64,000 bases of DNA from Pseudomonadota bacterium (GTDB lineage Bacteria > Pseudomonadota > Gammaproteobacteria > Burkholderiales > JACQAP01), in the NCBI GenBank assembly GCA_038040175.1, contig JBBPIT010000006.1, forward strand, positions 19,991 to 83,990, in the 5' to 3' direction. The position numbers were made by a program, and so were the translations under genes. Numbering within the stretch: the stretch's first letter is position 1; each line of letters starts with the position of its first letter. This document shows, piece by piece, positions 8,027 to 18,361 of the stretch. The notes under the pieces are model-generated. The model ran no database searches, had not been told where the DNA came from, and saw nothing but the letters and a program-made list of their open reading frames with translations.

Positions 8027-11000
8027 TTACATGTTCCTACGGTACTGCCCGCCGACTTCGAACAATGCGTCCGTGATCTGGCCGAGCGAGCAGTAGCGCA
8101 CGGCGTTCACCAGTTCGGCGAACACGTTGCCGTTGTCGATCACGGTCTGCGTCAGTTTCTCCAGCGCAGCCGGCGTCTCGGTGGCGTTGCACTTCTGGAA
8201 CTCGCGCAGCCGGCGTATCTGGCTCCGCTTCTCTTCCTCGGTCGAACGCTGCAGCGGGATGCTGCCGCCCACCTCGACCGCGTCCGGATTGCGGAAGGTG
8301 TTCACGCCGATGATCGGGTAGGAGCCGTCGTGCTTCTTGTGCTCGTAGTACAGCGACTCTTCCTGGATCTTGCCGCGCTGGTAGCCGGTTTCCATCGCGC
8401 CGAGCACGCCGCCGCGCTCGGAGATGCGTTCGAACTCCTGCAGCACCGCTTCTTCCACAAGATCGGTCAGTTCGTCGATGATGAATGAGCCCTGGTTCGG
8501 GTTCTCGTTTTTCGCAAGGCCCCACTCGCGGTTGATGACGAGCTGGATCGCGAGTGCGCGCCTCACCGATTCGGCGGTCGGCGTGGTGATGGCCTCGTCG
8601 TAGGCGTTGGTGTGCAGCGAGTTGCAGTTGTCGTAGATCGCGATCAGCGCCTGCAGCGTGGTGCGGATGTCGTTGAACGCGATCTCCTGCGCGTGCAGCG
8701 AACGGCCCGAAGTCTGGACGTGGTACTTCAGCTTCTGGCTGCGCTCGCTGGCGCCGTACTTGTTCCTCATCGTGGTCGCCCAGATGCGCCGCGCCACGCG
8801 TCCGAGCACCGTGTATTCCGGGTCCATGCCGTTGGAGAAGAAGAACGACAGGTTCGGCGCGAAGTCGTCGATGTCCATGCCACGCGCGAGATAGGCTTCG
8901 ACGAAGGTGAAGCCGTTGGACAGCGTGAAGGCAAGCTGCGAGATCGGGTTGGCGCCGGCTTCGGCGATGTGATAGCCGGAGATCGACACCGAATAGAAAT
9001 TGCGCACCTTGTTGCGTACGAAGAACTCCTGGATGTCGCCCATCACCTTGAGCGAGAATTCGGTGGAGAAAATGCAGGTGTTCTGGCCCTGGTCTTCCTT
9101 GAGGATGTCGGCCTGCACCGTGCCGCGCACGTTCTCCAGCGCCCAGGCGCGGATCTTTGCGGTTTCCTGGTCGTTGGGCTGCCGGCCGTGCTGCGCGGCG
9201 AACTTCTCGATCTGCTGGTCGATCGCGGTGTTGACGAACATCGCCAGGATGGTCGGGGCCGGTCCGTTGATGGTCATCGACACCGAGGTCGCCGGATCGC
9301 ACAGGTCGAAGCCGGAGTACAGCACCTTCATGTCGTCCAGCGTCGCGATCGATACCCCGGAGTTGCCGACCTTGCCGTAGATGTCCGGACGTTCGTGCGG
9401 GTCGAAGCCGTACAGCGTCACCGAATCGAACGCGGTCGAGAGGCGCTTCGCCGGCATGTCCCGGCTGAGAAACTTAAAGCGTGCGTTGGTGCGGAACGGA
9501 TCGCCCTCGCCGGCGAACATCCGGGTCGGGTCCTCGTTCTCGCGCTTGAACGGGAACACCCCTGCCGTGTACGGGAAATAGCCGGGCAGGTTCTCCCGCA
9601 TCAGCCACTTCAGCGTCTCGCCGTCGTCCTCGAACTTCGGCAGCGCCACCTTCGGCACCTTGGTGCCGGACAGCGACGTGGTCGTCAGCACCGTGCGGAT
9701 CTCGCGATCGCGGATTTTCGTGACCTGTACGTCACCCGAATAGGACTGCTTCACCTGCGGCCACTCGTCCAGCAGTCTTTTTGCCTCCGGACTCAACGTC
9801 TTCTCTCTTTCGGAGATGAGCACATCCAGTGCTGCCGTTACTCCCTCTCCGCCGCTTGCGGGGGAGAGGGCCGGGGAGAGGTGGAGCATGCGCTTCGCTT
9901 CGCGCAAGTGCTGCCGCTCGCGCGCGATCCTGGCCTGCTTCGCCACGTCGGCGTGATAGCCGCGCACGGTTTCGGCAATTTCCGCCAGATAGCGCACGCG
10001 CGCCGGCGGAACGATGACGTTCTGGCCGGACGAAGCCTTTACCGTGGTTGGCTTGAACCTGCCGTCGCCGGCCTTGAGCCCGCGGGTTTTGAGTTCGGCG
10101 ACGATGGCCTGGTAGAGCGCGGTCACGCCGTCGTCGTTGAACCGCGAGGCCATGGTGCCGAACACCGGCATCGCCTCGGCGGCCGCGCCGAAGGCGCCGC
10201 GATTGCGCTGCATCTGCTTGCGCACGTCGCGCAGCGCATCCTGCGCCCCGCGTCGGTCGAACTTGTTGATCGCGACGAAATCGGCAAAGTCGAGCATGTC
10301 GATCTTCTCGAGCTGGCTGGCGGCGCCGAACTCGGGCGTCATCACGTACAGCGAGAAGTCCGCATGGGCGACGATGGCTGCGTCGCCCTGGCCGATGCCG
10401 GAAGTCTCCACCAGTATCAGGTCGAAGCCGGCGCACTTGCAGGCGGCGATCACGTCCGGCAGGCAGGCGGCGATCTCGCTGCCGGCATCGCGGGTGGCGA
10501 GCGAGCGCATGTAGATGTTCGGATGATTGATGGCGTTCATGCGGATGCGGTCGCCGAGCAGCGCGCCGCCGGACTTGCGCCGCGACGGATCCACCGCGAT
10601 CACGGCGATCTTGAGCGCGTCGTCCTGGTCGATGCGGAAGCGGCGGATCAGTTCGTCGGTAAGCGACGACTTGCCCGAGCCGCCGGTTCCGGTGATGCCG
10701 AGCACCGGCACGCTGTCGTGCTCAGCCGCCCGCTTCGCCAGCTTCTGGCGCAGCGGCTCCGGCAGCGTCGCGTTCTCGAGCCCGGTGATGACGCGCGCCA
10801 AGTCGCGCACATTGCCGCGGAAGACTTCGTCGAGGCTCGCCGGCATCTCCGCGGAAAGATTGCGGTCCGCGGTGCGGATCATGTCCGTGATCATTCCCTG
10901 CAGGCCCATGCGCGCGCCGTCTCCCGGGGAATAAATGCGCGCCACACCGTAGCTGCGCAGCTCCTCGATCTCGCTCGGAACGATCACGCCGCCGCCGCCG

Positions 11001-11314
11001 CCGAAAACCTTGATGCTCGCGCCGCCGCGCTCGCGCAACAGGTCGATGGTGTACTTGAAATATTCGACGTGGCCGCCCTGATACGAGGACACCGCGATGC
11101 CCTGCACGTCTTCCTGGATAGCCGCGGTGACGATCTCGTCCACCGACCGGTTGTGGCCGAGGTGTATGACTTCGACGCCGCTCGCCTGCAGGATGCGGCG
11201 CACGATGTTGATCGAAGCGTCGTGGCCATCGAACAGGCTGGCGGCGGTGACGAAGCGGACCTTGTTCTTCGCCTGCTTGCCTTGATCGGCGGCTTGTACG
11301 CTGAGATCGGTCAT
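8027..11314 (-). CDS. icmF: fused isobutyryl-CoA mutase (B12-binding domain + MeaB-like GTPase + mutase domain)
   Basis: 1095 aa. The N-terminal B12 domain reads [14 protein letters not shown], the central P-loop reads GTGGSGKSS, and the C-terminus is methylmalonyl-CoA-mutase-like. Confidence 0.92.
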   Translation of the reverse strand: MTDLSVQAADQGKQAKNKVRFVTAASLFDGHDASINIVRRILQASGVEVIHLGHNRSVDEIVTAAIQEDVQGIAVSSYQGGHVEYFKYTIDLLRERGGASIKVFGGGGGVIVPSEIEELRSYGVARIYSPGDGARMGLQGMITDMIRTADRNLSAEMPASLDEVFRGNVRDLARVITGLENATLPEPLRQKLAKRAAEHDSVPVLGITGTGGSGKSSLTDELIRRFRIDQDDALKIAVIAVDPSRRKSGGALLGDRIRMNAINHPNIYMRSLATRDAGSEIAACLPDVIAACKCAGFDLILVETSGIGQGDAAIVAHADFSLYVMTPEFGAASQLEKIDMLDFADFVAINKFDRRGAQDALRDVRKQMQRNRGAFGAAAEAMPVFGTMASRFNDDGVTALYQAIVAELKTRGLKAGDGRFKPTTVKASSGQNVIVPPARVRYLAEIAETVRGYHADVAKQARIARERQHLREAKRMLHLSPALSPASGGEGVTAALDVLISEREKTLSPEAKRLLDEWPQVKQSYSGDVQVTKIRDREIRTVLTTTSLSGTKVPKVALPKFEDDGETLKWLMRENLPGYFPYTAGVFPFKRENEDPTRMFAGEGDPFRTNARFKFLSRDMPAKRLSTAFDSVTLYGFDPHERPDIYGKVGNSGVSIATLDDMKVLYSGFDLCDPATSVSMTINGPAPTILAMFVNTAIDQQIEKFAAQHGRQPNDQETAKIRAWALENVRGTVQADILKEDQGQNTCIFSTEFSLKVMGDIQEFFVRNKVRNFYSVSISGYHIAEAGANPISQLAFTLSNGFTFVEAYLARGMDIDDFAPNLSFFFSNGMDPEYTVLGRVARRIWATTMRNKYGASERSQKLKYHVQTSGRSLHAQEIAFNDIRTTLQALIAIYDNCNSLHTNAYDEAITTPTAESVRRALAIQLVINREWGLAKNENPNQGSFIIDELTDLVEEAVLQEFERISERGGVLGAMETGYQRGKIQEESLYYEHKKHDGSYPIIGVNTFRNPDAVEVGGSIPLQRSTEEEKRSQIRRLREFQKCNATETPAALEKLTQTVIDNGNVFAELVNAVRYCSLGQITDALFEVGGQYRRNM

Positions 11315-11412
11315 GGGGCGGTCCCGTCGGTTTGCGGTTGATGTCGCGGCCTGGGCGTTTCCGCGCTGATGCCGGAATGGGTCATCGCGCCGGGGCAGCC
11401 ATTATTGCTTAT

Positions 11413-11430
11413 GTTTACGTGAACGTAAAC
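11413..11430. promoter_or_regulatory. palindromic ACGT box (LiuR-type operator candidate) upstream of icmF
   Basis: GTTTACGT-GA-ACGTAAAC is a perfect 8+2+8 palindrome ~100 nt upstream of the icmF start. The same half-sites occur at 31778-31793 and 32385-32400. Confidence 0.5.
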
Positions 11431-11492
11431 TTGGACCACGGACCCGGTCCTCGAAAGCATAACCCCCCTGCCAGAATCGCGACGCGTGCGCG

Positions 11493-14400
11493 TCAGGCAG
11501 CATGTTCGACGCCGGCTGCCAGGGCACGAAAGCGGGCCAGCAAGGCATCGCGTTCCGCCGCGATCGCCTCGACGTTGCGCTGCTTCACATGGCCGAAACC
11601 GCGGATGCGTTCCGGCAGGCTGGCCAGCGCGACGGCGACCTCATGATTCTCCTTCGACAACGCTCCCGCGATCTCATCCATCAGGGCTTCGTAATCGCGG
11701 ATCAGCCCGCGCTCCATCCTTCTCTCGGCGGTACGTCCGAACGGATCCAGAAAGGTGCCGCGCAGGCGCTTGAAGCGGGCCAGCCAGCGAAACGCATGTC
11801 CCATCCAGGCGCCGTACTGCGCCTTGACGAGCCGGCCCTGCGCGTCGCGCTTCGCCAGCAGCGGCGGGGCGAGGTTGTACTTCACCGTGAACTCGCCTTC
11901 GAACGCGTCGTTCAGCCGTTTCTCGAAATCGCCGTTCGCGTAAAGCCTGCCGACCTCGTACTCGTCCTTGTAGGCCATCAGCTTGGACAGGGTTCTCGCG
12001 ACCGCCCTGGTCAGCGCATCGCCCTTGCCGATCTGCGCTTCGGCACGACGGACCTTGTCGACCAAAGTCTCGTAGCGCTTCGCATAAGCCGCGTCCTGGT
12101 ACTCGGTCAGGAAGGCGATGCGCCGGCGCAGCAGCGTCTCCAGGTTCTGCGGCATCTGGATCACCACCGGCTGGGCGGGTGTGGCGATCGTCTCGACCTG
12201 CGACAGATCGACCGCGGCGCGGCGCCCCCAGTCGAACGCCTGCTTGTTGGCGTCGACAGCTACACCGTTCAACTCGATCGCGCGCAGGATCGAGGCCTGC
12301 TGCAGGGGAATCAGCCCCTTCTGGAACGCGAACCCCAGCATGAACAGGTTGGTGGCGATCGAGTCGCCCAGCAGGGCGGTGGCGAGCCGGGTGGCGTCGA
12401 TGAAATGCGTGCGGCCGCCGACCGATTCGTCGATCAGCGCGCGGATTTCCTCGGCCGGGAACTGCCAGTCGGGATTCTGGGCGAACGGGCCGGGCGGCTG
12501 CTGGTGCATGTTGATCACCGCCACCGTGCGCCCGGGCCGAGTCTTGGAAATGGCATCGTGCGCGCCCGCGGTCAGCATGTCGCAGCCGAGGATCAGGTCG
12601 GCTTCGCCGGTGGCAATGCGTTGCGCGCGGATGCCGGCCGGCGTGCGGGCGATGCGAACGTGCGAAGTGACGGCACCGTTCTTCTGCGACATCCCGGTCA
12701 TGTCCAGCGCCGAGGTGCCCTTGTACTCCAGGTGCGCGGCCATTCCCAGCAGTGCGCCGATGGTGATGACGCCGGTGCCGCCGATTCCGGTGATCAGGAT
12801 GTTGTAAGGCGTTTCGCCGAGCGTTGCGCAGGCCGGTTCCGGCAGCGGCCGGAGCGGCACAGCGGTTTCACGTCTTGCCGCCCGCGACTTCCTCGGCGTG
12901 CCGCCTTCCACCGTCACGAAACTCGGACAGAAGCCCTTGACGCAGGAATAGTCCTGGTTGCAGGAGGACTGGTCGATCGTGCGTTTGCGCCCGAACTCGG
13001 TTTCCACCGGCAGGATCGAAGTGCAGTTCGACTGCACGCCGCAGTCGCCGCAGCCTTCGCAGACGGCTTCGTTGATGAATACCCGCTGCGTGGCCTTCGG
13101 GTACTCGCCTTTTTTGCGGCGGCGGCGTTTTTCCGCCGCACAGGTCTGGTCGTAGATCAACACCGAAACGCCGCGAACTTCCCTGAGTTCCTTTTGCACC
13201 GCTTCCAGGTCCTTGCGGTCATGCAGCGTGACGAGCGCGGGTAATTGCGAACGATCTTCGTAGCGCGTGAGGTCTTCCGTTACGACCGCGATGCGCCCGA
13301 CGCCTTCGGCCGCCATCTGCTGCGCGATCATCGGCACCGAAATTTTTCCGTCGACCGGCTGGCCGCCGGTCATCGCCACGGCATCGTTGTACAGGATTTT
13401 GTAGGTGATATTGACGTTCGCGGCGAGCGCGGCCCGAATCGCAAGGGAGCCGGAATGGAAATAGGTGCCATCGCCGAGATTGGCAAAGATGTGCGTGCGC
13501 TTCGAGAACGGCGCCGCGCCGATCCACGGCGCGCCCTCGCCACCCATGTGTGTCGGGCTCTTGTTGTGCTCCGGATAAATTACCGTCGCCATCACGTGGC
13601 AGCCGATGCCGGCCAGCGCCAGACTGCCGTCGGGCACTTTGGTCGAGGTATTGTGCGGGCATCCCGAGCAGTAGTACGGCGGGCGCACGGGCGTGTTCAC
13701 CGCCTTCTTCAGCACCGCCTCTTTCGCCTCCAGGAAGGCAAGCCGCGCCTTGATCAGATCGCTCTGGTGAAAACGCCCGATGCGCCCGGCGATGACGCGG
13801 GCGATCTGCGCGATGGAGAAATCAGCCTTGGCGGGGAGCAGCCATTCGCCGCGCGGGTGCACCCATTCGCCCTGATCGTCGAACTTGCCGATGACCCGTG
13901 GGCGCACGTCGGGATGCCAGTTGTAGAGCTGCTCCTTGAGCTGGTACTCGACCACCTGGCGCTTTTCTTCGACGACCAGGATTTCTTCCAACCCCTTCGA
14001 GAATTCGCGCACCCCGTCCGCCTCCAGCGGCCAGGGCATCGAGACCTTGAACAGCCGGACGCCGATTTCAGCGGCGTTGCGCTCGGTTATGCCCAGTTCC
14101 TCCAGCGCTTCCAGCACGTCCATATACGACTTGCCTGAAGCGATGATGCCGAGCCGCGCGTTGGGCGAATCGATGGTGGTGCGGTTGAGATGATTCAACC
14201 GCGCGTAAGCCATGGCCGCGTAGATCTTGTAGTCCTGCATCAGCGCTTCCTGATTGCGTGCCTGCAGGCCGAGCAGATCGCCGGACAGCCGGCCGTTCAG
14301 TCCGCCTTCCGGCATCACGAAATCTTCCGGCAGCCGGGTCTGGATTCGAAACGGGTCGGCCTCGATCGAAGCAGACGACTCGACTGTATCGGCCAGCGCC

Positions 14401-14993
14401 TTGAAACCGACCGCGCATCCGGAGAACCGTGACATGGCCCAGCCGTGCAATCCCAGCTCGATGTACTCGTGCACGTTGCACGGGTACAGGACCGGGATCA
14501 TCGAAGCCGAGAACAGGTGATCGCTCTGGTGCGGGAGCGTGGAGGAGTAGGCCCCGTGGTCGTCGCCCGCAACCAGCAGCACGCCGCCGTGCTTCGAAGT
14601 GCCGGCGAAGTTCATGTGCTTGAACACGTCGCCGCAACGGTCCACGCCGGGTCCCTTGCCGTACCACATGGCGAACACCCCGTCGTAATCCGACTCGCCG
14701 ATCAGATGCACCTGCTGCGTTCCCCACACGGCAGTGGCGGCGAGTTCTTCGTTGACGCCGGGCTGGAACTTCACATGGTGGGCTTCGAGGTGCTTGCTTG
14801 CCTTCCACAGCGCCTGGTCGAGTCCGCCCAATGGCGAGCCGCGATAGCCGGAGATGAAGCCGGCAGTATTGAGCCCTGCCGCCAGATCGCGCCGGCGCTG
14901 GACCAGAGCCAGACGCACCAGCGCCTGGATGCCGGTCAAATACACGCGCCCCTGATCGGAAACGTACTTGTCGTTCAATGTGACTTCTTGCAT
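11493..14993 (-). CDS. indolepyruvate ferredoxin oxidoreductase family protein (fused alpha/beta)
   Basis: The N-terminus reads LNDKYVSDQGRVYLTGIQALVRL. It has TPP-binding and 4Fe-4S (CEGCGDCGVQSNC) segments. I place the start at ATG 14993, preceded by AGGAG, rather than the track start 15110. Confidence 0.88.
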   Translation of the reverse strand: MQEVTLNDKYVSDQGRVYLTGIQALVRLALVQRRRDLAAGLNTAGFISGYRGSPLGGLDQALWKASKHLEAHHVKFQPGVNEELAATAVWGTQQVHLIGESDYDGVFAMWYGKGPGVDRCGDVFKHMNFAGTSKHGGVLLVAGDDHGAYSSTLPHQSDHLFSASMIPVLYPCNVHEYIELGLHGWAMSRFSGCAVGFKALADTVESSASIEADPFRIQTRLPEDFVMPEGGLNGRLSGDLLGLQARNQEALMQDYKIYAAMAYARLNHLNRTTIDSPNARLGIIASGKSYMDVLEALEELGITERNAAEIGVRLFKVSMPWPLEADGVREFSKGLEEILVVEEKRQVVEYQLKEQLYNWHPDVRPRVIGKFDDQGEWVHPRGEWLLPAKADFSIAQIARVIAGRIGRFHQSDLIKARLAFLEAKEAVLKKAVNTPVRPPYYCSGCPHNTSTKVPDGSLALAGIGCHVMATVIYPEHNKSPTHMGGEGAPWIGAAPFSKRTHIFANLGDGTYFHSGSLAIRAALAANVNITYKILYNDAVAMTGGQPVDGKISVPMIAQQMAAEGVGRIAVVTEDLTRYEDRSQLPALVTLHDRKDLEAVQKELREVRGVSVLIYDQTCAAEKRRRRKKGEYPKATQRVFINEAVCEGCGDCGVQSNCTSILPVETEFGRKRTIDQSSCNQDYSCVKGFCPSFVTVEGGTPRKSRAARRETAVPLRPLPEPACATLGETPYNILITGIGGTGVITIGALLGMAAHLEYKGTSALDMTGMSQKNGAVTSHVRIARTPAGIRAQRIATGEADLILGCDMLTAGAHDAISKTRPGRTVAVINMHQQPPGPFAQNPDWQFPAEEIRALIDESVGGRTHFIDATRLATALLGDSIATNLFMLGFAFQKGLIPLQQASILRAIELNGVAVDANKQAFDWGRRAAVDLSQVETIATPAQPVVIQMPQNLETLLRRRIAFLTEYQDAAYAKRYETLVDKVRRAEAQIGKGDALTRAVARTLSKLMAYKDEYEVGRLYANGDFEKRLNDAFEGEFTVKYNLAPPLLAKRDAQGRLVKAQYGAWMGHAFRWLARFKRLRGTFLDPFGRTAERRMERGLIRDYEALMDEIAGALSKENHEVAVALASLPERIRGFGHVKQRNVEAIAAERDALLARFRALAAGVEHAA

Positions 14994-15260
14994 GTCTGAC
15001 TCCTGTAGGAATTCGGACATAAGGCACACCGCCTTGGGTTCGGCGGCGCCCCTGCAGCGCATTGGACCGGTCGTCCTTCGCGCAGTCCACATGCCAATTG
15101 ACCTAGACATGATGCGCGTCCTGCGGTCGGCCGTTCAATTGGCACGATCCGGTCTGCCGGCAAACACATCCTACCCGCCTGCCTGCAGAAAAAGCATCCT
15201 CTTTACCTAAGTAATGCGGTATATTCAGAAAATATTTCTGCTTAACTTCTATTTGGAAGA

Positions 15261-15803
15261 ATGCCTGTCGATAAGTTCGATCTGGTGATACTGAAGGTGC
15301 TGCAGGGGGATGCGCGGGCAAGCCTGCAGGACATCAGCAAACGCGTGGGCCTGTCGCCGACGCCGTGCTGGAACCGGATCAAGAAAATGGAGGCCGACGG
15401 TGTGATCCAGGGCTACACCGTCCGCATCGATCCGGCCGCAATCGGCTTTACGGAAACGGTGATCGTGCAAGTCACTCTCGAGAGCCACAGCGACGAGACG
15501 CTCTACGATTTCGGCAAATCGCTGGAGCAGATCCCGGAAGTGCTCGAGGCCTACCTGGTGTCCGGCGATTACGACTATTACATCCGCATCGCGGTAAAGG
15601 ACACGCGCGATTACGAGCGCCTGCTGCGCGAGCGCCTGTACCGGATTCCCGGGATCCGCCACAGCAAGTCGAGCTTCGTGCTGCGAACATTGAAGGAGAG
15701 CCTGATACCGTTGTCCTCGGCCCCGGTTGCGGCCGGCTCGGAGCCGCGGAAGGCGCGCAATGCCCGCGCGATCGGGAAGCAGATGGCCAAGCGCCAGCCG
15801 TAG
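15261..15803 (+). CDS. Lrp/AsnC family transcriptional regulator
   Basis: DKFDLVILKVLQGDARASLQDISKRVGLSPTPCWNRIKKMEADGVI is an HTH segment, followed by an AsnC-type effector domain. It is divergent from the oxidoreductase gene. Confidence 0.9.
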   Translation: MPVDKFDLVILKVLQGDARASLQDISKRVGLSPTPCWNRIKKMEADGVIQGYTVRIDPAAIGFTETVIVQVTLESHSDETLYDFGKSLEQIPEVLEAYLVSGDYDYYIRIAVKDTRDYERLLRERLYRIPGIRHSKSSFVLRTLKESLIPLSSAPVAAGSEPRKARNARAIGKQMAKRQP

Positions 15804-15827
15804 CGAGACGCAAACCGGAGAATTCAC

Positions 15828-16664
15828 GTGAACACAGGATATTCACAGTTGACCGACGCGGTCGGCCGCTCCCATGCACCCGCCGGACCGGACGCCCGGA
15901 TTGTCTGCCTCGTTCCGAGCATTACCGAGTTGCTGTTCGAACTCGGGCTCGGCGACCGGATCGTCGGCCGCACCGGATTCTGCGTCCATCCGAAGCCCGA
16001 GGTGAAAAAGGTCGCCAAGGTCGGCGGCACCAAGGACTTCAACCTGGAAAAAATCCGGGCGCTGGCGCCAACTCACCTGATCGTCAACGTGGACGAAAAC
16101 CCATACGAACGGGTCGAAGCGGCGGCAGCGTTCGTGGCGAACGTGATCGTGACCCACCCGATGGGGCCACTCGACAACCCTCCTTTATATCGACTGCTCG
16201 GTGGAATCTTCCGCGCCGAGGCTGAGGCGGAACGTCTCGCGCGAGAATTCCAAGCGGCATATCGCGAAGCGGTCGAAGCAACATCCAATCAGCCGCGCGA
16301 GCGGGTGCTGTACCTGATCTGGAAAGACCCGTGGATGACGATTTCGCGCGACACCTATATCGCGCGGACGCTGGAGTCGGTGGGATGGGACCAGATCGAT
16401 GTGGGAAACCCTGATCGCTATCCGACCCTCTATCTCGAATCGGTGCTTGGACGCGTGGATCGTGCCCTGCTCTCTTCCGAGCCTTACGCGTTCAGACTGC
16501 GAGACGTGGAGCCGGTGAGAGAGGCGATGAATGTTACTTCACCCGTCCCCGGGCACACGGTTCGGACGGTTACCGTTTCACTGATCGACGCGGAAATGAC
16601 GTCCTGGTACGGCAGCCGGGCGATAGAGGGGATGCGCTATCTCGCTTCGCTGCGCACCGTTTGA
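15828..16664 (+). CDS. BtuF/TroA-like helical-backbone metal (cobalamin?) binding protein, no signal peptide
   Basis: 278 aa. RIVCLVPSITELLFELGLGDRIVGRTGFC is typical of class III periplasmic-binding-protein folds. The N-terminus lacks a hydrophobic leader. The start is GTG. Confidence 0.72.
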   Translation: MNTGYSQLTDAVGRSHAPAGPDARIVCLVPSITELLFELGLGDRIVGRTGFCVHPKPEVKKVAKVGGTKDFNLEKIRALAPTHLIVNVDENPYERVEAAAAFVANVIVTHPMGPLDNPPLYRLLGGIFRAEAEAERLAREFQAAYREAVEATSNQPRERVLYLIWKDPWMTISRDTYIARTLESVGWDQIDVGNPDRYPTLYLESVLGRVDRALLSSEPYAFRLRDVEPVREAMNVTSPVPGHTVRTVTVSLIDAEMTSWYGSRAIEGMRYLASLRTV

Positions 16665-16816
16665 TATCGTTTCTCGCGGGTGAGCTGTGTGTAGGTTTTC
16701 TTCGTTTCTCCTTCGAACTGCCGGTTAAAGGAGCACCGATCCAATCGCACCTTGCCCACCTCTCTCAGTTGTACTTGGAACTTCACTTTACGGTTCTCCT
16801 GACCCCTCGGTTCTCC
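16662..16816. repeat. left copy of ~155-165-bp inverted repeat bracketing an 8.8-kb block
   Basis: Its reverse complement aligns with 25613-25777. The outer ~105 nt show 8 mismatches by manual alignment, and the inner part is more diverged with a ~12-nt indel. It starts at the stop codon of the 15828-16664 gene. Confidence 0.85.
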
Positions 16817-16853
16817 AGGCGGGAAGGCTCTGCGTAGGCTTGGTCTCTTCCTC

Positions 16854-17582
16854 CTACGAGGTCTCGGCGGCTTCCTCGAGCTTCGTGACTCCCAGGTAAC
16901 GCTGCTGGGCGCCCGGGTCGGCGAGGAGCGCCTCAGCGGTGGTCTCCGTCTCGATCCGCCCGGCCACCATCACGAGCTGGCGCCGGCAGAGCGCGGTCGC
17001 GACGCGAAGGTTCTGCTCGATGAGCAGGACGCCCACGCCATGGGCGACGAGCCACCTGCAGGTATCGACGAGGTTCTCGACGACCGCCGGGGCGAGCCCC
17101 TCGGAGGGCTCGTCCATGATTAGGAGCTTGGGGTTGCGCAGCAAGGCGCGGCCGATGGCGAGCATCTGTTGCTCGCCACCGGAAAGCTGCAGGGCGCCGA
17201 TCGACTTGCGCTCGGCGAGCCGCGGGAAGAGATCGTAGACGGCATCCCGATTCCAGCGGCCGCCGTCGGAATCGAGCATGCGCAGGTGCTCGTTGACAGT
17301 CAGCGACTGGAAGAGACGGCGGCCCTGGGGCACGTAGCCGATGCCGCGGTTGGCGATCTTGTACGAGGGCTTACCGACGAGCTCGTTCCCCTCGAAGCGG
17401 ATCGAGCCGTTGATGTGCGGGACCATGCCCATGATCGCGTTGCAGAGCGTGGACTTACCCATGCCGTTACGGCCGATCACGGCCACGGGCTCGGCGCCCA
17501 TCTCCAAGCCGACGCCCTGGAGGATGTGGGCTCGGCCGTAGTACGCGTTCAAGCCCTCGAGCGCGAGCAGCGGCTCACTCAT
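16854..17582 (-). CDS. livF: branched-chain amino acid-type ABC transporter ATP-binding protein (LivF-like)
   Basis: Walker A GRNGMGKST and signature LSGGEQQML. It overlaps the upstream ATPase gene by 8 nt. Confidence 0.88.
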   Translation of the reverse strand: MSEPLLALEGLNAYYGRAHILQGVGLEMGAEPVAVIGRNGMGKSTLCNAIMGMVPHINGSIRFEGNELVGKPSYKIANRGIGYVPQGRRLFQSLTVNEHLRMLDSDGGRWNRDAVYDLFPRLAERKSIGALQLSGGEQQMLAIGRALLRNPKLLIMDEPSEGLAPAVVENLVDTCRWLVAHGVGVLLIEQNLRVATALCRRQLVMVAGRIETETTAEALLADPGAQQRYLGVTKLEEAAETS

Positions 17583-18357
17583 TGACGTAGCCGCTCCCTA
17601 GGTAGAGGTCGTGCACCATCTGGTTCGCGCGGATCTCGGCCGGCGTGCCCTCCACGATCACGCGGCTGTCGTGCATCATCGTCACCCGCTCGGCGACAGT
17701 GAGCGCGATGTCCATGTCGTGCTCGATCAGGATCAGCGTGATCGCCCGGTCGAGGCCGAGCAGCAGCTCCGTCAGCGCCGCGCGCTCGCCGCGCGACAGG
17801 CCCGAGGCGGGCTCGTCGAGCATCATCAGCTTCGGGTCGCCAGCGAGCGCCATCCCCACGTCGAGCTGGCGCTGCTCGCCGTGGGAGAGCGAGCCGACGA
17901 GCGCTCGCTCGCGCCCGCCGAGTCCGACACGCTGGGCAAGCGCGCTGGCACGCGCGAGCATCTCTTTGTCCCGTTGGGAGCGGAAGATGCGGCAGTGCCC
18001 GTCGCGCACGCCGAGGACCGAGAGGAAGAGGTTTTCCTCTACCGAGAGGCCGAGGAACAGCCTGGACTTCTGAAAGGTGCGGGTGAGGCCGAGTTTCGCG
18101 CGACTGCGTCCGGGCATCAGTGTGACGTCGTGCCCGAACAGCTTGACGGTGCCCGCCGACGGCGGGAACTCGCCGGAGATGATGTTGAAGAGCGTGGTCT
18201 TGCCGGCGCCGTTCGGCCCGAGGATCGCGCGGCGTTCGCCGTATGCGACCTCGAGGTCGATGTCGCGTAGGGCCTGTACGCCGCCGAAGCGCCGACCGAC
18301 CCCTCGCAAGCGGAGGATCGGGCCGGCACTGTCCGCCTGCGCTGCTGCTTCGGTCAC
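17575..18357 (-). CDS. livG: branched-chain amino acid-type ABC transporter ATP-binding protein (LivG-like)
   Basis: Walker A GPNGAGKTT and signature LSHGEQRQL. Confidence 0.88.
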   Translation of the reverse strand: MTEAAAQADSAGPILRLRGVGRRFGGVQALRDIDLEVAYGERRAILGPNGAGKTTLFNIISGEFPPSAGTVKLFGHDVTLMPGRSRAKLGLTRTFQKSRLFLGLSVEENLFLSVLGVRDGHCRIFRSQRDKEMLARASALAQRVGLGGRERALVGSLSHGEQRQLDVGMALAGDPKLMMLDEPASGLSRGERAALTELLLGLDRAITLILIEHDMDIALTVAERVTMMHDSRVIVEGTPAEIRANQMVHDLYLGSGYVNE

Positions 18358-18361
18358 CTGA

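Noticed and set aside
8612-11341. 909-aa ORF on the plus strand opposite icmF. Similar very long antisense ORFs occur at 11502-13244, 27056-28873, 31061-32563, 37957-39333, 51325-53040 and 56548-58152.
   Set aside because: They mirror well-supported genes on the other strand. Their Arg/Ala/Gly/His-rich low-complexity composition is typical of stop-codon-poor antisense frames in high-GC DNA. They show no recognisable motifs.
16780-16816. Cobalamin riboswitch B12-box-like string (GGTCAGGAGAACCG on the minus strand) inside the large inverted repeat, next to a BtuF-like gene.
   Set aside because: Only this short string resembles the B12 box. The other conserved cobalamin-riboswitch blocks are absent. 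The string lies at the 5' rather than the 3' side of the element, and the right-hand copy (AGTCAGGTCTTG) does not keep it.
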